From a virus, in the IMG/VR virus record IMGVR_UViG_3300037516_001783, positions 1 through 64,000 of that record: a stretch of 64,000 bases of DNA; one strand, 5' to 3'. A model generated the notes under the pieces. It had not been told where the DNA came from, ran no database searches, and was given only the letters and a program-made list of their open reading frames with translations. A program made the translations under genes and the position numbers. Within the stretch, counting starts at the first letter, position 1. Each line of letters begins with the position of its first letter. Positions 30,608 to 38,989 of this stretch are shown here, piece by piece.

Positions 30608-30637
30608 TTAAATATATATCTATATGTTCTTATTTAT

Positions 30638-31033
30638 CTAAGGTATCACCTCATCTTTAGCATCTCCAATTGTAACATTACCATAAGAAGGAAAGTTGTA
30701 CTCAGAATTTTTACCTTCTGGAAAATCCGAACCTCCTGGAAATGTAACTACTGCTGAAAAGCTTAAAACTCCTTCTGGAAGATTAACACTTTCACTTCTT
30801 TTAATTAAAACTTCGATGATATGTGAATTTCCAACACCTGACTTTTGACGGCATACACCATACCCAGATTTAGATGTTTTATTATAAGCAACATATTTTG
30901 TTTTTACGTTGTTTTTTGTCACATACAATTGAACCCTAATTGATGTTGCTGTAGTCAAATCAACTGGGATAGAATTTTCATTAATCGGAAGTTCTATAAT
31001 AATATCTTCACCTTGTTGAAATGAAATAGCCAT
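30638..31033 (-). CDS. Hypothetical virion protein (BppU-N/Ig-like)
   Basis: QGED, PVDLT..A motif; located in the head-neck operon. Confidence 0.45.
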   Translation of the reverse strand: MAISFQQGEDIIIELPINENSIPVDLTTATSIRVQLYVTKNNVKTKYVAYNKTSKSGYGVCRQKSGVGNSHIIEVLIKRSESVNLPEGVLSFSAVVTFPGGSDFPEGKNSEYNFPSYGNVTIGDAKDEVIP

Positions 31034-31036
31034 ATC

Positions 31037-31396
31037 TTAAGCGTTTATTTTTTTGAACAAATAGTTTACCATTAATTCAGTAGGTTTAGAAGTGTTTTTA
31101 GACAACTTCTCCCACTCAGCTTCTGGAAGACCCGAAGTTTTTGCTAATTCAATTAACTCCTCTAATGAAAGTTGAGATAATGACTCCTTAGTGAAAACAT
31201 TTTCATCTTTACTTCCTTCATCCTCTGCCACAGGTTTTACAATTCCTGAAGTGTAACCCATATTTCCTTCAATTAATGAAGTTGCAACAGATTCATCTTC
31301 AAAATTCAATTCACCGTTTTCAGGGATTTCAATTTCACCTAATTCTGGAAGTATAATTCTAGTTCCTCTAAGTGATTCTTTTGCAATAACAAGCAT
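31037..31396 (-). CDS. Small protein after the capsid gene, with a C-terminal helix-extension-helix-like motif
   Basis: LSQLSLEELIELAK..GL; position conserved after the MCP in related phages (inference). Confidence 0.5.
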   Translation of the reverse strand: MLVIAKESLRGTRIILPELGEIEIPENGELNFEDESVATSLIEGNMGYTSGIVKPVAEDEGSKDENVFTKESLSQLSLEELIELAKTSGLPEAEWEKLSKNTSKPTELMVNYLFKKINA

Positions 31397-31422
31397 AATT
31401 AAATTTGTTTTATGTGAAAAAA

Positions 31423-31473
31423 TTGGTATAATACGGTATCCCCTTTTTAGGAGTTTTGACCGTATTATACCAA
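31423..31473 (-). terminator. Strong hairpin/terminator after the major capsid gene
   Basis: TTGGTATAATACGGT ... ACCGTATTATACCAA 15-bp perfect inverted repeat with an A-tract on the plus strand. Confidence 0.75.
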
Positions 31474-31486
31474 CTTTTAATTTATT

Positions 31487-32974
31487 TTAAACACCTACGT
31501 TGATATATCTTACGATACGTTTTGGAGCGTATAATAAAGGAGTACCATACAACATAATCATGAAACGATATGCTGGTGAGATGATAGCTAAATCCATTTT
31601 CATCAGAGGAGCTAATTGAGCAAACTCAAAAGTTTCTGAATCATTTTGAATCAACAACGCATTAGCAGTTGAAGGAAGGATTCTGTTCTTATCTCTAACA
31701 ACGTTAGCACCTGTACCGTCAAATCCTGTACCTAACTCTGCAGTAGAGATTTGGAATAAAGGATAGAAAGTTGCGTTAGCACCACCACCTGTAGTAGCAC
31801 CTTTGTTAGAACGATAGATAGTGAAACCTGTAGCTGGATTTGGGTCAGAAACAGCAGCAGTGAATTTCAAGTCGATTGAAGAACCAGCAACAGCAGCAAC
31901 AACAGTACTACTTAAAGCAGTTAAAGCAGACTCACCAAATCTGTTTACAGAAGCTACAGCGTATAAATAGTTTCCTGCATCAGCAGATACCCATTTAGAA
32001 GTTGCGTCAGTATTTACAGCGATAGGAGTAGTACCATCAACAACAATTGGAAGAGGTGCTTTTGTATCAGTCGCAGATTCAGCCAATGTTCTTGGTTTCT
32101 CTGGGTTCATGAATACATCCCACTCCAATTTGATTGGACCATATTGAGATTGGAAAGTTTGAACAGCTTGACCAACTTCACCAGCACGAACAGCATCAGA
32201 GTTGATAGGAATGAATTTGTTACCGTAGAAACTAGCAACGAATTTCGAAAGAACTGCTGGAGGAGCAATTAAGTGAGTAGCAACACCGTAGTTTTCAACG
32301 ATAGCTTCAGCACCCCTTTCAATGTAAACCTCAGTAAGTGGGGCACCTCTTAAGTCAACAACAACTTCTGAGTTGTAATATTGGTCTTTAGTTGAAAACA
32401 AATCGTTTTGAGCATGCTGAGCATACAAACCGTTGAATTCAGTAGGGATGATTGCAGAGTTACCTCTTGTTAATGCTTTGTTTACTTTACGTAAAATCCA
32501 AAGAGTACCGTTTTTCACTTCTCTTTCTACGATATTACCAACTGAAGCTTGAGTATTTACAAGACTCATTGGGTGAGTAACTGATTTAGTTACACCGTAG
32601 AACTTAACTAATTGAGAACGTCTGATGTAAGTTGAGTCCTCATTTGATGGTAACTCACCTTCTAACAATGAACCTCCTCTGTCGTTACCATAAGAAGCTA
32701 ATTGGTTAAACTCCTCAACTGTATTGTAAGCAGTTTTCTTTGGTATCATTTTCCAAAGTTTGATGTTACTTTCAGAGAAAGTAATAACTTTTAAAGTTTT
32801 GTCTAAAGACTCAACTTTCAAAGCAGCACCACCTGCAGTTGTAGAGTTAGCAGTATCACGACCTGTGATAGCCTGAGCATCCAAAGCTTTGTTCAAGTTT
32901 TGTAACTCTTCCATTGAAGCTCCATTTCCTGAAAAAACTTCGTTTGGCAAATAATCGTTTATGTTAATATTCAT
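31487..32974 (-). CDS. Major capsid protein (Herelleviridae Cps-like)
   Basis: GGAALKVESLD, EEFNQ...G, EG.LP...D....R....VK, EFNGL, QLAPLMKMDLA, YG...LYAPK; likely maturation site LNK|A at residues 27-30. Confidence 0.92.
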   Translation of the reverse strand: MNININDYLPNEVFSGNGASMEELQNLNKALDAQAITGRDTANSTTAGGAALKVESLDKTLKVITFSESNIKLWKMIPKKTAYNTVEEFNQLASYGNDRGGSLLEGELPSNEDSTYIRRSQLVKFYGVTKSVTHPMSLVNTQASVGNIVEREVKNGTLWILRKVNKALTRGNSAIIPTEFNGLYAQHAQNDLFSTKDQYYNSEVVVDLRGAPLTEVYIERGAEAIVENYGVATHLIAPPAVLSKFVASFYGNKFIPINSDAVRAGEVGQAVQTFQSQYGPIKLEWDVFMNPEKPRTLAESATDTKAPLPIVVDGTTPIAVNTDATSKWVSADAGNYLYAVASVNRFGESALTALSSTVVAAVAGSSIDLKFTAAVSDPNPATGFTIYRSNKGATTGGGANATFYPLFQISTAELGTGFDGTGANVVRDKNRILPSTANALLIQNDSETFEFAQLAPLMKMDLAIISPAYRFMIMLYGTPLLYAPKRIVRYINVGV

Positions 32975-32990
32975 CTTCTGGTTTATTCAA

Positions 32991-34604
32991 TTATTGTAAA
33001 GTTATTCCTTTTTCCATTCTCAATCTTTGTAACACAGATTGACTAATTTTACCTCCAGTCTCAAAAGAAGTTAAAGCTTCAGAGAACTCTAAATCAACTT
33101 CACCTTTGTGGAAAGTAGCTTTGTCTAAGATATCCAAAACAAGCCTTCTATTTGTTAAACTAATAACATTAGAATCGCCACCCTTTTGAATGTCATTGTT
33201 AGGAACTTGACCACCGAAGTTTCTTTCTCTAACAGTTGATTGAGGGATAGACTTTCTTGTTATTGGTTGACTGTCAAATGATTTTGATAAATCACTGATA
33301 GTATCTCTTAAACCATTAAATGAAAGTTCAGTAGAATCTAAAGATTTCTTTAATTCACTATCTGCAGATTGAATTGCATCAATTTTTTCAGACAATGAAG
33401 ATAAATCTTTGTACATATTTTTCAGTATGACACCGATATGATGATTCTTCTCAGTAACTAAGGTAGAAATGTCAGAAATTGCTTTTAACAAAGGGTCTTC
33501 TTTTGTTTCAACTTCTTCCTTAACAATTAAACCTTTTTCTATTAATTCTTTCTCTAATTCAGCAAGTCTTAACTTTTCAGAATTAAAAGATTTAACAATA
33601 GAATCGTCATTACTTTCAATAACATCAGAATCTAAAGCCTTATCTAAAAGGTCGATAGCTTCTGAAATTGTTTTTTTAGTAATATTTTCACCTTTTTGCA
33701 TTGCACACTTTTCGATAAAGTTATAAAGCTTCTCAGCTTCTAACAGAGTTATAGCTGTTTTTTTAGTGAATATTTCTTCGTAACAACTTGCTTTTGACAT
33801 TTTATCTTCATCAAGCAAATCTAAATCGATTTCTTCATCTTCACCTTCCTCCTCTTCATTTTCTTCCTCCTCTTCTTCAACTTCACCTTTGTCTAAAATA
33901 ACTTCCTTACCATTAGCAGTTTGAAAGTCATTTTTCATTTTAGGTTTTTTCTTAGAAGGTTTTTTGAAGCTTTCAAGTTTCAGAGCATCACCTTGTCCTG
34001 GAATAGCAACATCTGTAGTTTCAGTCCCTGTTGTAACACCAGCAGAAAGGTCTTTCATTAACAGTTCAGTTTCATCGTCATATTCGTCTGAATAATCATC
34101 ATCACAACCACCCTTAATTAAATCCATATAAGTCTTAGGATTCTTAGGCATAAATGTGATAGCACATCCTGTAATCATCGCTTTTTTGATAATCTTAGGA
34201 TTAACTAAATCTCTGTCAATAGCTTTTCCCTCTATTGAAAAACCAAGATTTCTTGTAGACGAATTTTTCTTTAATGAAGTTGCTGTATTGTAAACTGCTT
34301 GAGCGATAGGATTGTCTGGATATAAGAATCCTTCAATGTACAACCCTTCTTTTGTAATCCTAGCTACTGTTGGTTCACCAATGATAGCATTTGGGTCATT
34401 TTTAGCTTGATGGTGGTAGTTTAAGAAACCACTCTTAAGGAAATATGAAACGTCGAAACCATTTGGGTCTAAAAATTCTCCATCTGCATCTTCAGCATTT
34501 GTAGAAGCTATACCACCAACTTTCATTACTTCATTACCTTTGTCATCCTTACCTTTGACAATGTCATCAAGTGGAACCCAAAACTTAAAATTCTTTTCTG
34601 GCAT
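32991..34604 (-). CDS. Prohead protease fused to an acidic/coiled-coil scaffold
   Basis: GIAST...D.DGE, LNYHHQ, IGEP, LGFSIEG, AIT..P.NP.T; long C-terminal region with a poly-E tract. Confidence 0.9.
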   Translation of the reverse strand: MPEKNFKFWVPLDDIVKGKDDKGNEVMKVGGIASTNAEDADGEFLDPNGFDVSYFLKSGFLNYHHQAKNDPNAIIGEPTVARITKEGLYIEGFLYPDNPIAQAVYNTATSLKKNSSTRNLGFSIEGKAIDRDLVNPKIIKKAMITGCAITFMPKNPKTYMDLIKGGCDDDYSDEYDDETELLMKDLSAGVTTGTETTDVAIPGQGDALKLESFKKPSKKKPKMKNDFQTANGKEVILDKGEVEEEEEENEEEEGEDEEIDLDLLDEDKMSKASCYEEIFTKKTAITLLEAEKLYNFIEKCAMQKGENITKKTISEAIDLLDKALDSDVIESNDDSIVKSFNSEKLRLAELEKELIEKGLIVKEEVETKEDPLLKAISDISTLVTEKNHHIGVILKNMYKDLSSLSEKIDAIQSADSELKKSLDSTELSFNGLRDTISDLSKSFDSQPITRKSIPQSTVRERNFGGQVPNNDIQKGGDSNVISLTNRRLVLDILDKATFHKGEVDLEFSEALTSFETGGKISQSVLQRLRMEKGITLQ

Positions 34605-34670
34605 AATTTGTATGTTTAACTTGTATCATCATGTTATTGTAATAACAGTTTATGTCTTTGAAAATAAAAG

Positions 34671-34679
34671 ATAACTGTT
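34671..34679 (-). promoter_or_regulatory. Candidate late promoter AACAGTTAT
   Basis: Lies between the terminator at 34703-34738 and the protease ATG. Confidence 0.55.
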
Positions 34680-34702
34680 TGAACTGTTTCTTATATAAAA
34701 CA

Positions 34703-34738
34703 AAAATCCCCTTAGTATATTTCACCTAAGGGGATTTT
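34703..34738 (-). terminator. Intrinsic terminator ending the cargo cluster
   Basis: AAAATCCCCTTAG ... CTAAGGGGATTTT inverted repeat. Confidence 0.75.
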
Positions 34739-34847
34739 AAATTTATTATGTTTTTATATTTTATCTATTCGCAACACGATTATGTAAATCATGTATTTCT
34801 TTCAACTTTTCATCAGAAGGTTCTTGATTTGTTTGGTGTATGACCAA

Positions 34848-35702
34848 TTACTTTATCATCTTTTCATTAGTTTCATATTCTTCAGACTTTTCATCTTTTT
34901 TAGGTTTCATAACCTTACCATCCTCATCTTTGATTTTAAAATCACTAAATCCTCCAAGTTCATCTGCGATTGCTTTAGCACTTCTTGACTCTCCTTTTTT
35001 ATTTACCCAATGACCTTCACCCTTACATGTGTAAGAATAACCACCACCTGAAACAACACTTCCTCTACCAGCTTCCAACAATTGGTCTTTTATTTTTTCA
35101 TAATGACCTTTCACTTGCACCTCACCTTTAGATTGTTCTTTTACACCTTCTGGTTTATGAAAATCTACTTTTAAAGGAGATTTATCGTGTCTCTTACCAT
35201 TCTTATCTTTTAACTGTAGATAACCATCATGTTTGATGTTATGAATGGTATGTTCTTCACCTTTGTAGTTTATTTTATCTCCAGGAATTACTTCTCTTAA
35301 ATGTTCTTTTTCATCTTGGTGAGGAGTTCCAGGTTTTTTCCAAACAACTTGGTGATTACCTTTCTTATTGATTATATGGGTCAACACCAACCCATTTCCA
35401 CCGTGGAAAGCTTTTTCAATAAAAGAGTGTAAAGCCTTTTCTATCTCAGACTTTTCTTCTTCCTCTTCGTCAAGTTCTTCACCCTCTTCACTTTCCTCTT
35501 CCTCAGATTCAACTTGTTTTTTACCACCTTTCAAAAGTTCGATAGTCTTCAAAGATTTTTGTAAATCCTCTTCTGTTATCAAACCTTTGTCAAAATTACT
35601 CTTTAAAGTAATTTCCATTTCCTCAAATGAAGGTTGTTTTTTAGAAAAACTTTTTTCTAAAACAGTCCCTTTATAATTATCCTCAGTTACAAAATTATAC
35701 AT
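34848..35702 (-). CDS. Putative internal head protein (leader A + acidic tract + shared hairpin/SH3-like module)
   Basis: Residues 1-60 are paralogous to the 323-aa protein; residues ~87-185 are nearly identical to part of the 423-aa protein. Confidence 0.65.
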   Translation of the reverse strand: MYNFVTEDNYKGTVLEKSFSKKQPSFEEMEITLKSNFDKGLITEEDLQKSLKTIELLKGGKKQVESEEEESEEGEELDEEEEEKSEIEKALHSFIEKAFHGGNGLVLTHIINKKGNHQVVWKKPGTPHQDEKEHLREVIPGDKINYKGEEHTIHNIKHDGYLQLKDKNGKRHDKSPLKVDFHKPEGVKEQSKGEVQVKGHYEKIKDQLLEAGRGSVVSGGGYSYTCKGEGHWVNKKGESRSAKAIADELGGFSDFKIKDEDGKVMKPKKDEKSEEYETNEKMIK

Positions 35703-35723
35703 ATAGCAGTCTTTATTTTCTTA

Positions 35724-35903
35724 TTAGTTGTTTTTCTTCTTACCTTTGTAAGATTCATAGATTGAATTAAAAACATAAGCACCAACCCAATAAATAAAAG
35801 CTACAATAAATAGCCAAGGTTGTTTTTCTGTTGTTAAACCTGTGATATACAAGATTGTAGCCAATGCAAAAATTGCCACAGTAATGATTGAATGTTTAAG
35901 CAT
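35724..35903 (-). CDS. Small 2-TM membrane protein (59 aa, below the ORF-track cutoff)
   Basis: Hand translation: MLKHSIITVAIFALATILYITGLTTEKQPWLFIVAFIYWVGAYVFNSIYESYKGKKKNN. Confidence 0.55.
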   Translation of the reverse strand: MLKHSIITVAIFALATILYITGLTTEKQPWLFIVAFIYWVGAYVFNSIYESYKGKKKNN

Positions 35904-36271
35904 ATAAGTATAATTAATAGTGAAATTCTTACTTGAAATTGATAAGGAATCATACTCCAGAATGTATCTATTGGTCCACTTCCTAAATGTTCTTTTGGTT
36001 TACCTCTTAAGTAATTTAGTAATGTATCAAATAGAAAACCGTATGACAATAATAATGATATGAATAACAAAAGATTGTAAGGTTTTACACTATTTGTTAC
36101 AACAATACAAATAGAAACAGTCAACCATGAAGTTGCTACTTTGTACTTTCCCTTTAAATCTATTTCATGTTCTTCTATAAGTAGGTAGTCACAAAATGCT
36201 CTACCTACTATAAAAAGAATGAAGCAACCTAAATTTAGGAATAAGTGTAATATGATATGAAGTGTTTGCAT
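35834..36271 (-). CDS. Multi-pass membrane protein
   Basis: About four hydrophobic segments; FD.LLN.LRGK...HLG...ID motif. Confidence 0.6.
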   Translation of the reverse strand: MQTLHIILHLFLNLGCFILFIVGRAFCDYLLIEEHEIDLKGKYKVATSWLTVSICIVVTNSVKPYNLLLFISLLLSYGFLFDTLLNYLRGKPKEHLGSGPIDTFWSMIPYQFQVRISLLIILICLNIQSLLWQFLHWLQSCISQV

Positions 36272-37501
36272 TTACTCTTTAGTTGGTAATTTGAAAATCA
36301 TTTCAAGGTCAGTAGTTCTACCTTTCCCACCCTTATCATCTTGCCATTCATAAACTTCACCTCTACCTTTAGAATCCAAGGTAGCACCAAACATTTCTTT
36401 CATAACATTCTCTATTTTAGAGAGGTCATTACCTTTAGGTCTACTCCAAGAATCAGATTGGTCTGATATTCTTAATTTTATATTATCACCTTCAACTGAA
36501 ACTCTACCCCAAGGGTCACCATTAGATTCATATTTATGTTGAGACAATCCAGCACGAATTATTCTTTCTGCTGCCCTATCACCACCTAATTGAATAGCTT
36601 CATCCAAAGCTTCTTTTGTTACAGGTTCACCATGGTCAACTCTGTGTTTATCAAATAATTTTTCTAACTTCTGTTTCTTTTCAATTTCAGGGTCAGGTTT
36701 TTCTAATTTTTTAGATTGTTGTTTTTGGTAATCTTCTATAGAAAGGAATGAGCCAAAATATGCATCACTATCCATTTTTCTGTATTCATTTACAGAACCA
36801 TCATTGTTGTAAACTCTTACAACTTTAAGGTCACCAAGACCACCACTTTGTGTTTTTACAGAAACAAGTTGTCCCTTTTTTAATTGAATAACACCTGTCT
36901 CACCTTTACCTCCATTTAGTGGTGCTGTACTCCATTTGAAATCAACATCTTTAGTTAATATTCTTGGGCTGTAATCATATTTGTTGAAAGCAACATCTCT
37001 CATTGCTCTGTCAATAGCAACTTGGTTAGGTTCAACAGATTCTACTTTAGGAGTTACACTTTCTACAGATTCTTTTCCATCTTCATCATGACCAACTAAC
37101 TCATCTTCTTCAACTTCCTTACCTTTAACATCCTCAGGTTTTTGGAACTCAACTTTTAAAGGTGATTTATCATGACGTTTTCCGTTTTTATCTTTTAACT
37201 GAAGGTAACCGTCGTGTTTTACAGCATGAACTGTATGTTCTTCACCCTTATAATTGATTTTGTCTCCTGGAAGCACTTCTCTCAAGTGTTCCTTTTCGTC
37301 ATGATGTACACCACCAACTTTTTTCCAAACAACTTGATGTTTGTTATTTTTGTTAATAATGTGCGTAAGGACTAATCCGTCCCCACCATGAAAAGCTTTT
37401 TCTATAAATGAGTGTAAAGCTTTTTCAATATTTTTATCTGAATTGATAATATTATCACCAATAGGTGAATTATCGTAGTGTTCTGGTGTGATGATTTCCA
37501 T
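36272..37501 (-). CDS. Putative internal head protein (shared hairpin/SH3-like module + unique C-terminus)
   Basis: Probable ATG 37501 (MEIITPEHY); IEKALHSFIEKAFHGG...VVWKK...PGDKINYKGEEH...HDKSPLKV. Confidence 0.65.
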   Translation of the reverse strand: MEIITPEHYDNSPIGDNIINSDKNIEKALHSFIEKAFHGGDGLVLTHIINKNNKHQVVWKKVGGVHHDEKEHLREVLPGDKINYKGEEHTVHAVKHDGYLQLKDKNGKRHDKSPLKVEFQKPEDVKGKEVEEDELVGHDEDGKESVESVTPKVESVEPNQVAIDRAMRDVAFNKYDYSPRILTKDVDFKWSTAPLNGGKGETGVIQLKKGQLVSVKTQSGGLGDLKVVRVYNNDGSVNEYRKMDSDAYFGSFLSIEDYQKQQSKKLEKPDPEIEKKQKLEKLFDKHRVDHGEPVTKEALDEAIQLGGDRAAERIIRAGLSQHKYESNGDPWGRVSVEGDNIKLRISDQSDSWSRPKGNDLSKIENVMKEMFGATLDSKGRGEVYEWQDDKGGKGRTTDLEMIFKLPTKE

Positions 37502-37527
37502 GGTGAATTTTGGTGATTTAAAATAAA

Positions 37528-37567
37528 AAACAACAACTAACAATTCAAACTATGTTAGTTGTTGTTT
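37528..37567 (-). terminator. Intrinsic terminator
   Basis: AAACAACAACTAACA ... TGTTAGTTGTTGTTT 15-bp inverted repeat. Confidence 0.7.
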
Positions 37568-37574
37568 AATTTTA

Positions 37575-38546
37575 TTAAGCAAATTTTTTGAAATCTAAAC
37601 CGTGGTGTTTTGCTAATTTCTTAGCTTTATCCCAATGAAATTTTGATTTAGCTTTTGAATCATGGTCAGTTTCACCGTAATTCTCTTTATGTGCTTCAGC
37701 ATTATCAGCATGGTTATATGAATGGTTGACATGGGATTCAATTAATTCAGAAGCCTTTTCTTTAGACAAAGATTTTTCCTCATCAGATGGTTCTGTTTTA
37801 GAATCCATTTCTTTCTTCTTATTTGAAGCAGTTTCTTTTGTTTTAGAAATTTGTTCTGGTGTTTGAGACTGACTCTTTTTCTCCTTATTTTTGATAGTCA
37901 TTGCTTTTCTCCAATGGTTATCAGCAGCATCATATAATTTTTGATATTCTGGTGAGTGGCGAGAATGTTCTCCAAATTTAGATTCCATTTCCTTCATTTT
38001 ATCTTCATTCACTTTCTGAGCATCAAGATGGTCTTGTGATGAAAAGTCACTATGGTTTTTTGAAGAAACAGAGTCATAAACATCCTTACCACTTGCTGTT
38101 TTACCTAATTTATTAGTACCAACTTTTCCACCTTCATGGCTTGCTTTAATTTTTTCAAGAGTTTCTTGTCTATCTTTTTTACCTATTTCGTAATGTTTTT
38201 CAAGATGTTTTGAAGCTTCTTCATTTGAATGGTTTCTTCCGTGTGCACCGAAAGCATCATCATGGTCTTTTGAAGTAAAATTAGCATGACTTGGGTGATT
38301 AAACTTATCATAAATTGGTTTACCACTTTTTGTGTGACCAATTACTTTACCACCTCTTGAACCTTCACCACCTTTTAACAAATCAATTGTTTCTAAGGCT
38401 TTGTTGAATTCCTCTTCAGTGATTAATCCTTTTTCAAAATTACTTTTAACAGTAATTTCCATTTCTTGAAAAGTTGGTTGTTTTTTTACAAAACTTTTTT
38501 CCAACACACTACCTCTATAATCTGCTTCTGTTACAAAATTATCCAT
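37575..38546 (-). CDS. Putative internal head protein (leader A + two His-rich G-x-T-x-S-G-K repeats)
   Basis: KVIGHTKSGKPIY..HANFTSKDHDDA and KLGKTASGKDVY..HSDFSSQDHLDA. Confidence 0.65.
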   Translation of the reverse strand: MDNFVTEADYRGSVLEKSFVKKQPTFQEMEITVKSNFEKGLITEEEFNKALETIDLLKGGEGSRGGKVIGHTKSGKPIYDKFNHPSHANFTSKDHDDAFGAHGRNHSNEEASKHLEKHYEIGKKDRQETLEKIKASHEGGKVGTNKLGKTASGKDVYDSVSSKNHSDFSSQDHLDAQKVNEDKMKEMESKFGEHSRHSPEYQKLYDAADNHWRKAMTIKNKEKKSQSQTPEQISKTKETASNKKKEMDSKTEPSDEEKSLSKEKASELIESHVNHSYNHADNAEAHKENYGETDHDSKAKSKFHWDKAKKLAKHHGLDFKKFA

Positions 38547-38551
38547 TGTTA

Positions 38552-38989
38552 TTAATTTATATTTGAAAACTGCTTAGACATTATTGAACCATCCCTTATG
38601 ATTTGCTGTAATAAAGTACTTTCTCTAGGAGTTGTCGGTACTTTCCCATTAGAATTAGCTTTATCTATCAAATTAGTGATAAAATTCTTTGATTCTACCT
38701 GATAAACTCGTCCTCTTAAACCTTTTAAGTATTCTAATGAATATTCTTTACCAACACCATTAAATACTTTCCCCTCACTCTTTTTACAGTTCACACAAGA
38801 TTTATTACATTTGAAGTTTGCTATTAACTTTTCAATCTCACGATTTTCGTTAATACAATCTCTAATTAAATCTAATATGTTATGGTCTTTTGAGGACTTA
38901 TTTTCTTGAATATAATTGTTGTTAAATAACAACCTATCTTGAAGTTCTTTTTTAGACAAACTTTCAAGTGTAAAAAGAGAAACTTGCAT
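38552..38989 (-). CDS. Hypothetical protein in the head-cargo cluster
   Basis: ORF track; CNKSCVNCKKS motif. Confidence 0.5.
   Translation of the reverse strand: MQVSLFTLESLSKKELQDRLLFNNNYIQENKSSKDHNILDLIRDCINENREIEKLIANFKCNKSCVNCKKSEGKVFNGVGKEYSLEYLKGLRGRVYQVESKNFITNLIDKANSNGKVPTTPRESTLLQQIIRDGSIMSKQFSNIN

Noticed and set aside
31750-32080. Ig/FN3-like insertion in the major capsid protein (YLYAVASVNRFGESA...TGFTIYRS)
   Set aside because: A comparable insertion is a normal feature of Herelleviridae-type capsid proteins, so it is not novel.
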